A stretch of 64,000 bases of DNA from Nitrospirota bacterium (GCA_035623825.1 DASPSR010000011.1:1791-65790), one strand, 5' to 3'. Shown: positions 19,260 through 28,642, numbered from the stretch's first letter. Notes: generated by a model from the sequence alone, not told the origin. Translations and numbers: made by a program.

Positions 19260-19862
19260 TCACCGTGAACGCAGCGGGGGAAGAAACCGTGACGACACCT
19301 TGTGCCGGTATTCTTCATACTCCTTCCCGAATCTGTTCAGGAGCTCCTTTTCTTCGAGGGGCATGACGATGCCGTTCACCACAATAGCGTCGACGACCGT
19401 CACAATCCCGAGAGCAGTCACCCCTGTCATCAGGAAAAGGCCCAGAAGCATCAACGTGTGCGAAAGATAAGTCGGGTGCCGTACGATACCAAAAGGACCA
19501 GTGGTCACGAGCTTGCCGGACACCGACTTTGTCACTTCCGGCATACCTATGATAACCGGAAGGGTCAAAAGAACGAGCGTCCACGTCTGAAGACCTGCGC
19601 CCAGGACAAAGAGGAGCAGGCCGAAGAGATTCGTCATAGCCGGCAGCTCTATCCGGTGCCGAAGCAGGACATCCCGCAGCCCGAACATAATATATGCGAT
19701 GGGTAGCCATGTGATAAGCGGTAAAACATAGGTCAAAAAGCCAAGGCGGCGGAAAAGCCCCGGAACACAATGCACCGGGATCCAGAAAAGCGGGATGGCC
19801 GGCCAGAACAGAAGAGCTGCAAAGGCTAGGATATCATAGAAAGAACGGGTCATTGGCAACAT
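19260..19862 (-). CDS. ICMT/PEMT-like membrane methyltransferase
   Basis: Several TM helices. LVTTGPFGIVRHPTYLSHTLMLLG and EE.EL...FG.EY..Y signature. Confidence 0.7.
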   Translation of the reverse strand: MLPMTRSFYDILAFAALLFWPAIPLFWIPVHCVPGLFRRLGFLTYVLPLITWLPIAYIMFGLRDVLLRHRIELPAMTNLFGLLLFVLGAGLQTWTLVLLTLPVIIGMPEVTKSVSGKLVTTGPFGIVRHPTYLSHTLMLLGLFLMTGVTALGIVTVVDAIVVNGIVMPLEEKELLNRFGKEYEEYRHKVSSRFLPPLRSR

Positions 19863-19910
19863 TTTATTCTTAAGGTATATTCAAGGTCGGATTGATGCAG
19901 ACAGTGCAGT

Positions 19911-20357
19911 CTACTCTCCGTCGCGCTTTTGCATCAATGCTTCCTTTAATAACCGCACGCTCCCTGCGATGCCGCGGCTCCGGAGGATCGTGCTGAACTT
20001 GGAGAGCCATGAATAGATGAACGTGAGTGGAGAGAGAAGGTTTTTGTCCAACGCATAATCGTACTCCCACACCAGCACAAATCTCGCGCCGAGGCCTTTG
20101 AGGATATCCCTGGTTTTCCATCGGTCCCGGTCCAGCGAGTAAACGTTGATCGCGCTGGGATCCCCATTCCAGTATTTCGCGCTCTCGATCTCACCGGCAT
20201 CGATAAACGGCGCCAGCTTCCCGGCAAGATCCTTGATGCGGTCCTCGTCATCGAAAACGATCCATTTGCCGCCGCTTCGTGACCAGGTCGATCTGTCAAT
20301 ACCGCGCGGCTCATCAGGCAAAAGCCATGTCCAGATGTCATCCTTGATCTGGCGCAT
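19911..20357 (-). CDS. Hypothetical protein (pattern reminiscent of Bles03/DUF1917-like fold)
   Basis: ATG at 20357 behind GGAGG. GGKWIVF......I..L..........I..AKY....DPSAINVYS.DRD pattern. Assignment is tentative. Confidence 0.45.
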   Translation of the reverse strand: MRQIKDDIWTWLLPDEPRGIDRSTWSRSGGKWIVFDDEDRIKDLAGKLAPFIDAGEIESAKYWNGDPSAINVYSLDRDRWKTRDILKGLGARFVLVWEYDYALDKNLLSPLTFIYSWLSKFSTILRSRGIAGSVRLLKEALMQKRDGE

Positions 20358-20798
20358 ATATCCTCCTTTTAACGCAGCAAAAAGGGAACCCATTTGGCGC
20401 GGCGCTTCCGCGTTAGCTGATGATTTTCGCAAAATTAGCGTATATCCTAAGTATAGCAGTTTTGTATGGCCTGAAGAATCATCAAACCGCCCTGTGTAAT
20501 CTGCGGCATGACTTCAAAATCCTTTAGCGCCACGAGGAGGGATGGCGGACGTAATCTTTGTGAACACATAAATATGGTGATTTTTGACCAATCAAAACGG
20601 CTGTTTGTCGTTCAATTCTATCAAGGGCAACACGAAAGTGTTACAAATGTTAGCAGGCGTTCCGGTCTTCGATATATTGTCAAAATCATACCAATCAAGT
20701 CCTCTTTTCTGGGCATTATGCTATAATAAAATTAAGATAGTTAGAGAACAATAGTATTCCGAGCAGACGTGTGACAGCGCGTGTCAAGGAGGTTAATT

Positions 20799-21110
20799 AT
20801 GGCAAGCGTTTTGAATATGAAAGAGAGCAAAGAATTTTGCGATGAAGTCTTTACTCAACTTTCAAGCATGAAAAAGAAAATTATTGAACTGAAAGACAGG
20901 TCTAGCGCCGGTGGCATGTTGAAAGACATTGAGGGCGGCAAGTTCGGGCGTCAGCTGGCGGAACTTGCCGAGGAGATCGACTGGAGGCTTGAGATACTGT
21001 CTCATTCCTGCACCCATGACTGGGCGGGTTCGGCCGGTTACGAGGGCGCAGAGGTCGAGACCGAGAAATCGAAAGACGTCGAATTTTCGCCGGGTTACCT
21101 CGGAGGGTAG
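20799..21110 (+). CDS. Hypothetical protein
   Basis: ATG at 20799 behind AAGGAGG. 103 aa. Followed by a strong terminator. Confidence 0.45.
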   Translation: MASVLNMKESKEFCDEVFTQLSSMKKKIIELKDRSSAGGMLKDIEGGKFGRQLAELAEEIDWRLEILSHSCTHDWAGSAGYEGAEVETEKSKDVEFSPGYLGG

Positions 21111-21143
21111 AGGACCTCATCCGGAAGTTCAATTAAAATAAAA

Positions 21144-21170
21144 GGCCGGTGGAAAACTACCGGCCTTTTT
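21144..21170 (+). terminator. Intrinsic terminator
   Basis: GGCCGGT-loop-ACCGGCC followed by TTTTT. Confidence 0.7.
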
Positions 21171-21329
21171 GTTATGGAAAAGGACTGATGGGACGCCCTT
21201 TTCGTCAGCTGTTGTCTCGTCTTCACCGCGAAGCAAATGTTTTTGGTTAGCCGCAATGAGCAGCACAGCTGGAGAGAGAAGACTAAATGATGACTAGAAT
21301 CTGCGTTTAAATTATTAAGTTATAGTTAT

Positions 21330-21578
21330 ATGAGAGAAATGGAGGCCATCATGATGTATTGGGGAAGTTCAGGTTCGGGAACCTGGTTCGGATGGATCTT
21401 CATGGTTGCTTTCGGAGTCCTGATAGTCCTGGTCGTACTCTTTTTGGTGCAGGCCATGATCAAAAGAGAAAACCGTTCAGATCAAGCGCCGCTCGACATT
21501 CTGAAAAAGAGATTCGCTAGAGGTGAGATCAGCAAAGAAGAGTTCGATAGAATAAAGGACGATATTATGAAATCGTGA
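21330..21578 (+). CDS. SHOCT-domain membrane protein
   Basis: One TM helix, then LDILKKRFARGEISKEEFDRIKDDI (SHOCT motif). Confidence 0.65.
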   Translation: MREMEAIMMYWGSSGSGTWFGWIFMVAFGVLIVLVVLFLVQAMIKRENRSDQAPLDILKKRFARGEISKEEFDRIKDDIMKS

Positions 21579-21667
21579 AGAATTTAGGTTGTCACGGGAC
21601 TATTCATGAATCTGTTGGCAGCTTTTTTAAAGGGGATTAAGAAGGCAATATCTTAAAAAAAATTATG

Positions 21668-21695
21668 AAAAAAAAGGGCAGACATTAGTCTGCCC
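21668..21695 (-). terminator. Intrinsic terminator of the 21711-22001 gene
   Basis: GGGCAGAC-atta-GTCTGCCC with a T-run on the minus strand. Confidence 0.65.
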
Positions 21696-21710
21696 TTCCA
21701 ACTAGCGCTA

Positions 21711-22001
21711 TCAGCATCCCACAGAAGGTTTCTTCTTCGCCATGGGAGTAATCTTTATGGCAGTTTTTTTGCCACCTACTTCTTTGTATTCCACTGTTAC
21801 TTGGTCCCCCACCTTCACATCTTTAAGCAAGGTTCCCGTTTCACAGTCGAATCCCGCATCCATCGATTGACTCTTAACGGTCAGGGTATTCTTTTGAGCA
21901 TCCACTGCGGTCACTACACCGGACATTTCAGCTGCGAATACGACGCCAACAAAGGCTAACAAAACTGCAGTTACAACAAGAAGCAATGCAAGACCTTTCA
22001 T
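21711..22001 (-). CDS. Small secreted hypothetical protein
   Basis: Internal ATG at 22001 behind GGAGGTG. Signal peptide MKGLALLLVVTAVLLAFVGVVFA. 96 aa. The long track ORF upstream part is rejected. Confidence 0.55.
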   Translation of the reverse strand: MKGLALLLVVTAVLLAFVGVVFAAEMSGVVTAVDAQKNTLTVKSQSMDAGFDCETGTLLKDVKVGDQVTVEYKEVGGKKTAIKITPMAKKKPSVGC

Positions 22002-22229
22002 GTGTCCACCTCCAGTAATATGGTTTATAAAGCCCGAAACAAAAAATGCTCCATAAGCATAACAGAGAGTAAAATGTATGTCAAGGTCATAATACACGCA
22101 TGTCAAACAAAAAAGAAATGTCAAACTGTTGCGAAAATAGAAACAGCCGGCTGATGTCATGCACGAAGATGGTTTGGATGTATCCTCGTTTTGAAAACAG
22201 ATATAAAGTATTGTTAGCGAATATGCGAA

Positions 22230-22266
22230 TAGTTGGCCTTCGGGTAGAAACCCCGAAGCATTTGAT
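22230..22266. repeat. Intergenic hairpin element, copy 2 of 4
   Basis: CTTCGGG-tagaaac-CCCGAAG followed by CATTTG. Confidence 0.55.
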
Positions 22267-22356
22267 AACACGTCGGGATGCACAGAAGATGGCGGGCAGA
22301 CGGCGTGCAACTCCGTCCGCCCTTCTATCTGTTCCTTACGCCTTTCGCCTTCTCTC

Positions 22357-23175
22357 CTAATTTATCGGATATCCAGGCGGATAGGGGGCGTATCCGTCCT
22401 CGTCCCAGAGCCGGTTCCCAAGTTCCCGGTCGCACCGTAAAATCCCTTTCCTGCATAAAACCTCTCGCCATTCATATTTGACGAGGGTCTTCTGCGCTGG
22501 GTTTCGCTCAGGCTCGAACTGCACAGGTATGACCGGTGAGTATCGGGCATCGCCGAACCCGGTGCCTGCGCTCTCTTTGGCCAATGCCCGGCCAGCGCTC
22601 TTAGGCGCCAGATCTGCGGACGGAGCCGAAGGTGCCGACTGACCTTCCCGTTTCTCCTCCTGGAGCGGCCGCGGCTGCTCCTTCTCACGGAATACCGCCA
22701 TGGCAATGACTCCCATTGCCGATGAGTCAGCGAAGGTCCTGACACTGTACGAATCTGCCGCAGTAGTGAAATAGAAACGGTGTACTTCGTCCTTGCTGGT
22801 CCGCCACCCGTCGTATCGCGCCTCCTCATAGGCATTCACAATGTACATAGACTCGGTATTCCCGAGATTGGAGCTTTTGCCTGTGATGATATTCCTGCCG
22901 TCCACGGCTATGACCACTCCCACTCGTTCCGGCGTTCGGTTCGTTATGACGATCCCATAGTGCTCTCCTTGGCGCGCCTCGAGATATCGCTTCCTCACGT
23001 GCGTGCTGCCTGTCCAGAATTCCTTGTGGGGGATGGCTTGAAATACCGTTCCGTTGTCCGAAACCACCTCGATGACGACCTCTCCGGGGAGTACCGGCCT
23101 GCCGGATGAATATGCAGGCGCTGCCCCAAGTGCTGCGATTATGACCGCAAATATTGCGAATATGGTGCCTTTCAT
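22357..23175 (-). CDS. Secreted hypothetical protein
   Basis: ATG at 23175 behind GGAGAAAGGAG. Signal peptide MKGTIFAIFAVIIAALGAAPAYS. No family recognised. Confidence 0.6.
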   Translation of the reverse strand: MKGTIFAIFAVIIAALGAAPAYSSGRPVLPGEVVIEVVSDNGTVFQAIPHKEFWTGSTHVRKRYLEARQGEHYGIVITNRTPERVGVVIAVDGRNIITGKSSNLGNTESMYIVNAYEEARYDGWRTSKDEVHRFYFTTAADSYSVRTFADSSAMGVIAMAVFREKEQPRPLQEEKREGQSAPSAPSADLAPKSAGRALAKESAGTGFGDARYSPVIPVQFEPERNPAQKTLVKYEWREVLCRKGILRCDRELGNRLWDEDGYAPYPPGYPIN

Positions 23176-23649
23176 GGTCTTTCTCCTTTCTCCTCGATTC
23201 GTTTTGTTCGGACTCATATCATTAGACAAGGGGAGGGGGGAATTTGTTCCCGCAGAGAATAAACCATTGTAAAATCCAAGATCTGAGCGGTGTTTAGTGC
23301 TTCGCTGGTATTATTGATCACGCCTGCATACTGGAACATTAAAGTCCACAATTCTCGCAACAAACACAATTTCATTTCATACTTGTCAAGACACTCCCCT
23401 CAAAACATACGCATCTTCAATGTACTATCAAAACGTCATTCTTTGTTTATGCTATACTAAATAAGATGAATTTCTTAAGCTCCCTTTATTGATAATTCAT
23501 GATCACACATGTCACCGCGTTTAATTGAATAACGATTTAACATTTGGAAATGCGCGAAGTGTCCGCCATGAGCAGGTTTCTCCCTTGTGATCTAAGTTAC
23601 ATTGCCGCACATTGCCGAGATAAAACAAACTATGAAGGAGGAAAGAAGC

Positions 23650-25110
23650 ATGCAGATAGTTAAGCGCATATTCAGTGTCGTGCTTGCCATTGCCGTCGTT
23701 ACCGTCCTTTTTGCGGGATGTGCGACGACGGACACTGTCGGGCAGGCGGAGAAAGGCGAGAAAAACAGGCCCGGCTTTGCGGAGACCAGGGCCATTGCAG
23801 AGGAAGGTTTTATCTACGGCCTGCCCATTGTGATGAACTACGCGGTTATGTACGACTTCGTCCTAAACAAGGACTCAGGCCAATATAAGGGTCCTTTCAA
23901 CACGATCGTCAGTGAGGCGCGCGTATTTACGTACAAGGACACTTCTGTCATAACACCCAACAGCGACACACCCTATTCCATGCTGTGGCTCGACTTGCGC
24001 GCGGAACCCATGGTCATTTCAGTGCCCGCGGTCGAGAAAGACCGGTACTACTCGGTCATGCTCTGCGACGGGAACACGTTCAACTACGGGTACATCGGCA
24101 GCCGCGCCACTGGCAATGGCGCGGGTGATTATATGGTCATCGGCCCCGAGTGGACGGGTCCGACACCTCCCGGCATCAAGAAGGTGTTCCGTTCGACCAC
24201 TCAGTTCTCGCTCGTTGTTTTCCGGACGCAGCTCTTGAATCCGGAGGACATGCCCAACGTCGAGAATGTCCAGTCTGGTTACAAGGTGCAGCCGATTTCC
24301 TCGTACCTCCGTCAGCCTGCGCCCGCGCCGGCTCCGGCAATCAATTTCCCCAAGATCGACAAGGAGCTGGTCAAGACGAACTTCTTTGAGTATTTGGACT
24401 TTGCCCTGCAGTTCGCCCCTGCCGGACCGGAGGAAAAGGAGATACGCGCAAAGCTCGCCAGGATCGGCATCGGTCCGGGGAAGACCTTCAATTTCAAGGA
24501 TTTGAGCCTCGAGCATAAGACCGAGATCGGGCTGGGCATGAAAGCGGGCGACAAGAAGGTCGACGAGAAAATTGCCTCGGTGGGCAAGAATATCAATGGC
24601 TGGCGCGTCGGATCGGCCTTCGGCGACCGAGATTTCTATCACGGTGACTGGCTGCTTCGCGCTGCCGCTGCCAGAGCAGGTATATACGGCAACGACGCTG
24701 CGGAGGCCATGTATCCCATGACCAGATGGAGGGCGAACGGCGAGGTGCTCGACGGCAGCAAGCACAAATACACACTGACCTTTGAGGCCGGCCAATTACC
24801 GCCAGTCAACGCTTTCTGGTCTGTCACGATGTACGACGGCAAGACGCAGTTCTTGATCAAGAATCCGATTGACCGCTACCTGATCAACTCGCCGATGCTG
24901 CCCAACCTGAAGAAAAATACTAACGGGTCCCTGACGATTTATATCCAAAAGGATTCGCCCGGCGCGGACAAGGAATCCAATTGGCTGCCGGCTCCCGACG
25001 GTCCTATCTACATGGTAATGCGGCTCTATTGGCCGAAGTCGGAAGTGCCCTCGATCCTACCCGCTGGAGAGGGAACATGGAGCCCACCCGCTGTGCAAGA
25101 ACAAAAATGA
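23650..25110 (+). CDS. DUF1254/DUF1214-domain lipoprotein
   Basis: ATG at 23650 behind GAAGGAGG. Lipobox LFAGC. ITPNSDTPYS (DUF1254) and NAFWSVTMYD (DUF1214) signatures. Confidence 0.75.
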   Translation: MQIVKRIFSVVLAIAVVTVLFAGCATTDTVGQAEKGEKNRPGFAETRAIAEEGFIYGLPIVMNYAVMYDFVLNKDSGQYKGPFNTIVSEARVFTYKDTSVITPNSDTPYSMLWLDLRAEPMVISVPAVEKDRYYSVMLCDGNTFNYGYIGSRATGNGAGDYMVIGPEWTGPTPPGIKKVFRSTTQFSLVVFRTQLLNPEDMPNVENVQSGYKVQPISSYLRQPAPAPAPAINFPKIDKELVKTNFFEYLDFALQFAPAGPEEKEIRAKLARIGIGPGKTFNFKDLSLEHKTEIGLGMKAGDKKVDEKIASVGKNINGWRVGSAFGDRDFYHGDWLLRAAAARAGIYGNDAAEAMYPMTRWRANGEVLDGSKHKYTLTFEAGQLPPVNAFWSVTMYDGKTQFLIKNPIDRYLINSPMLPNLKKNTNGSLTIYIQKDSPGADKESNWLPAPDGPIYMVMRLYWPKSEVPSILPAGEGTWSPPAVQEQK

Positions 25111-25130
25111 GGAAAGACAGATGATGAATA

Positions 25131-25154
25131 GGTGTGCCGTATAAGCGGCACACC
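25131..25154 (+). terminator. Possible terminator hairpin
   Basis: GGTGTGCCG-tataag-CGGCACACC. Only a weak T tract follows. Confidence 0.4.
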
Positions 25155-25310
25155 TTGAATTATCAGTTAGGCACACAGATCAGACAAGAGTGAAGATGGC
25201 ATGTATCTGACTGGCAAATCCGTCCTTCCGCTTCTTAAAAAGCAGATGCAACTTTCAACCAGAAATCGATAATGGTTTAAATCATCAAAAATCAAAACTT
25301 GTTGGCTGAA

Positions 25311-25484
25311 CAGAAAACCTATACGAAATTAATCTCGCGTCATTTCAGGATGAACTTTCCCAGAACGTTAATCTGCTTTTTTGTTTTTTCTCGATCAAAT
25401 CCGGCTGTTGCTTCTGGTTTTTCATCGAATCGAGCCATTATTTCTGCTTTGACCTTCGGGTAGAAGACCCGAAGAACATTTGGG
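25311..25484. repeat. Intergenic element, copy 3 of 4 (two conserved blocks)
   Basis: Block 1 at 25313-25355 and hairpin block at 25438-25484 (CTTCGGG-tagaaga-CCCGAAG..CATTTGG). Both blocks recur at 54576-54618 and 54661-54696. Confidence 0.6.
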
Positions 25485-25669
25485 ACTGAGGGCGGTTAAT
25501 GCTGAGATATGCGTCTTAAGTGTCTGCAATATAATGAAATACTACTTTAAAAGAATTGACATTCTTTCTGTCCGTGATATGCTTATTGTTAACATGCTTC
25601 TCCCGTCCAACCGCCCTCGTAAGGAATTAGCAACTCGTGAGAGGGCGGCTTCTTGTTCGTGGAGTTCGA

Positions 25670-27046
25670 ATGAAAGAGTATGATGTCATTGTGATCGGCG
25701 CGGGTGTTGGTACGAGAATCGCCTTTAAAGCATTATCCGCAGGTTTGAAGGTCGCCTTGGTCGACAAAAGACATCCCGGCGGAACGTGTCTTAATACCGG
25801 CTGAGTGCCGTCCAAGACGCTGATCTATCCGGCGGATAGAATACAAGAAATCAAGGAAGCCCGGAAATTCGGGATAGAGGCTAAGATAACCCGCGTCAAT
25901 TTCCGATCCATCATGGAACGTATGAAGAAGGCAGTCACCTCCGGCCGGATGCAGTTGCGAAAAGCGATCAGGGATGCCAAGAACCTGGATTTTTACAATG
26001 AGGCGGCACACTTCAGCGGAGACTACACCCTTGAGTTATCGCGAGAAAAAATCAAAGGAAGAAAGATATTCGTAGCCGTAGGCTCTCGCCCCTTGATCCC
26101 CTCAGTGCCGGGCCTCGATATCGTCGGATATTTAACCAACGAAAGCGTACTGGAGCTGAAAAGTAGACCGAAGAGCATCATCATTATCGGCGGAGGGTAT
26201 ATCGGCGTCGAATACGGGCATTTTTTTTCGGCCATAGGCACAAAAGTGACGATCGTCGGAAGAAGCGAAGTCCTTGTCCCCGATGAAGATAGCGACGTAT
26301 CGTCGCTGCTGCAAAGAGAATTGAAAAAACGCATGGATGTCCATACCGGGATGATGGTTACCCGGGTCGAAAAAAGAGGCGGGAACGTGACGGTTTTCGC
26401 GCAGGACAAAAAGAGCGGCCAGAAGAAAAGATTTGCCGCCGAACGCGTCATGGTCGCAACGGGAAGAGTATCCAATGTCGATCTGCTAAAACCGGAAAAT
26501 ACCGGCGTTGCCATTGACGAGAGAAATTACATTAGAGTCGACGATCAACTCCAGACGAGCACAGAGAACATCTGGGCAGTCGGCGACGGTATTGGCAGGC
26601 AGATGTTCACGCACGCCGGGGACAAGGAGGCTGAGATCGCCTGGCATAATGCCACGCACGGCGAAAAAATAAAAATGGATTTTACAGCCGTGCCCCGCGT
26701 AATTTTCTCTCATCCGCAGATCGCGTCAGTGGGCCTGACGGAAGCGCAGGCGCGAAAGGACCATAACGTCCTTGTGGGAAGGGCACAGTACTCCGACATT
26801 GTGGCCGGTGACACCATGGCGGAAAAAGAGGGCTTCGCCAAGGTGATTGTGGAAAAAGGTTCCGAGAGGCTTCTCGGGTGCCATATGATCGGCCCCTATG
26901 CGTCTCACCTAATACAGGAAGCGGCGAACGTTATCGCTGACAGGGGAAGTGTAAATGCAATTACCGGCAAGATGCATGCGTTCCCGACGCTGCCGGAACT
27001 CATTCCCGAGGCGCTGGGGAACCTCGAAGGGAGCGGATCTGTTTGA
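25670..27046 (+). CDS. Class-I pyridine nucleotide-disulfide oxidoreductase (dihydrolipoyl dehydrogenase/mycothione reductase-like), probable selenoprotein
   Basis: ATG 25670. MKEYDVIVIGAGVG...GGTCLNTG-TGA(25802-25804)-VPSKTLI continues in frame into track ORF 25805-27046. The TGA sits at the second Cys of the redox CxxxxC motif. C-terminal HAFPTLPE His-Glu motif. Stem-loop at 25824-25840. Confidence 0.7.
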
Positions 27047-27171
27047 ATCACGGGATCTTTCCTGAAACCTGAATGCGTTAAGTAAGGAAAACTTTTTGCG
27101 CTCATCCCTGCACAACGCAACAATTGCGTTAATTTGGAAATCGGATCGTTCATCCCGAAATAGTCGGCTCC

Positions 27172-27227
27172 TACCCTAAAAATACCCTTCCACCGCGGTT
27201 GACATCGCTTTGATTCAGGCATATACT
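27172..27227 (+). promoter_or_regulatory. Promoter with upstream TACCC-N6-TACCC direct repeat
   Basis: TACCCTAAAAATACCC (27172-27187), 11 nt, TTGACA (27199-27204), 17 nt, TATACT (27222-27227). Confidence 0.55.
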
Positions 27228-27368
27228 CGATGCGGGTCATACTTTTCACTATATAACCTTCCGCTAGTACGATTTTTTTCGAGATTATCAGACAAGCACC
27301 TACTATCTATTCAAGCCCGGTTGAACAGCGGGTCTATTTTAATTCTATTTTAATAAGGAGGGATAAAG

Positions 27369-27560
27369 ATGAGGGATGATTTGAATAGTGAAATTGCAAA
27401 AGTTGCTTATGAACTCCATGAAAAGAGGGGACTGAAGCATGGACACGACATGCAGGATTGGCTTGAGGCCGAGAAAATTGTGTTGACCCGTTATGAGAAG
27501 GGTTCTGAAAAGGGGAATGTTAAAAGATTATTAAAGTCTTTGACTAAGAAAAAGAAATAA
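27369..27560 (+). CDS. DUF2934-like small protein
   Basis: GGAGG RBS. IAKVAYELHEKRGLKHGHDMQDWLEAEKIV matches the DUF2934 pattern. Confidence 0.6.
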   Translation: MRDDLNSEIAKVAYELHEKRGLKHGHDMQDWLEAEKIVLTRYEKGSEKGNVKRLLKSLTKKKK

Positions 27561-27865
27561 CTGTGTCGTTGACGTGGCCCTTCTGTATTTATTACTTGTA
27601 TAAATTTTGCGTTTACATATTTAGCATGAAAAAGTTTAAATTATCGAGACTGATATATATGTTGCATGTTCCTTCCTGAAGTTATTGTAGTCGCAATTCT
27701 CTGTAACACATCAAGTTTCAACCCGAAATCGATGACATCTGCTTAATCATCTGTAATACTATGTGATATACTAAAATAAGATGATTATTATCCTTATTAA
27801 TGGCCGGAGATAAGGTCTGTTCCGGATGACATGCCATGCTTCCGTGACGGAAGGAGTGCAGTCTT

Positions 27866-28642
27866 ATGCAAGAGAAGGGTGGCAATGAAATGGAACACGC
27901 CCGGAAGTACGGGCCTGAGAAACCTGCCGTACGTCGATGGACGGTGCGATCGATCATAGGCAGGGGTCTTCTCTATTGCCTGTTTCTCCTGATCGCCGCC
28001 GTTGCCCTCGGGGCGTATGAGCACTTCAAGCTTCGTGGGGAATCAACACAATCGCTCGTGAGCCTGCTGCTGGCGGCTGGCTTCGGGTTTGCACCGATAC
28101 GCGCCCTGGTGCGCGAGCTCTTCGTGATTGAAGGCAAGCTGCTGCACCTGGTGCACGGTGTCGGCGGGCTTGTGTTGGGCGCCTTGGTGCTGGGGGGTGT
28201 TGTTTCAGGCGGGCCGCTGCTGACCCGCGCTGCCCTTGCACCGTTCGCAATCATGGGTGCGGCGCAGGCGGTGATGCATCAGGATCACCCGCGTAACCCG
28301 CAGCAGGCCGAGGCGCTGCGACGTTTCGCGACGAGCCTGCCGGAGGTCGAGCAGTTCACGAAATCGGGGAATCTCACATCGCCTGAAAACGTGCGCCGAG
28401 CAGTCGCGGTTCTTAACGATCTGGTAAAGAAGGCGCAGGTGCTCGGTGAGACCGAGCTGCAATCCGATCCTGGTTTTCAAGGCGCGCTCAGGCGGGTCAC
28501 GACACGCTACGGGCTTTCTCTCGGGCTAGACGTGATTGACCGGGCGATAGCAGACCTGTCAGCGAACCCGGCAGCGGCGAGTGCAGTCCCAGAATTGCGC
28601 AATCGGCTCGCCAAAGCTCGCAAGGCACTCGGAGATGAATAG
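27866..28642 (+). CDS. Hypothetical membrane protein
   Basis: 258-aa ORF, visibly GC-richer than its flanks. Several hydrophobic helices then a helical soluble tail. Start uncertain. Confidence 0.5.
   Translation: MQEKGGNEMEHARKYGPEKPAVRRWTVRSIIGRGLLYCLFLLIAAVALGAYEHFKLRGESTQSLVSLLLAAGFGFAPIRALVRELFVIEGKLLHLVHGVGGLVLGALVLGGVVSGGPLLTRAALAPFAIMGAAQAVMHQDHPRNPQQAEALRRFATSLPEVEQFTKSGNLTSPENVRRAVAVLNDLVKKAQVLGETELQSDPGFQGALRRVTTRYGLSLGLDVIDRAIADLSANPAAASAVPELRNRLAKARKALGDE

Noticed and set aside
25350-25463. Possible short peptide reading through the repeat element and ending at the TAG in the hairpin loop (..SAL(T/A)FG-stop in two copies).
   Set aside because: The frame is not preserved in the 14.7-kb and 22.2-kb copies, and there is no RBS or conserved start. 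The conservation fits an RNA or DNA element better than a peptide.
25489-25648. Three mutually complementary segments (GAGGGCGG 25489, CCGCCCTC 25611, GAGGGCGG 25641) that could form an attenuator-like alternative structure ahead of the Sec-oxidoreductase gene.
   Set aside because: The best promoter (TTGACA-16-TATGCT at 25555-25582) lies between segments 1 and 2, so segment 1 is probably not on the transcript. Only a plain 5'-UTR hairpin (25611-25648) remains.
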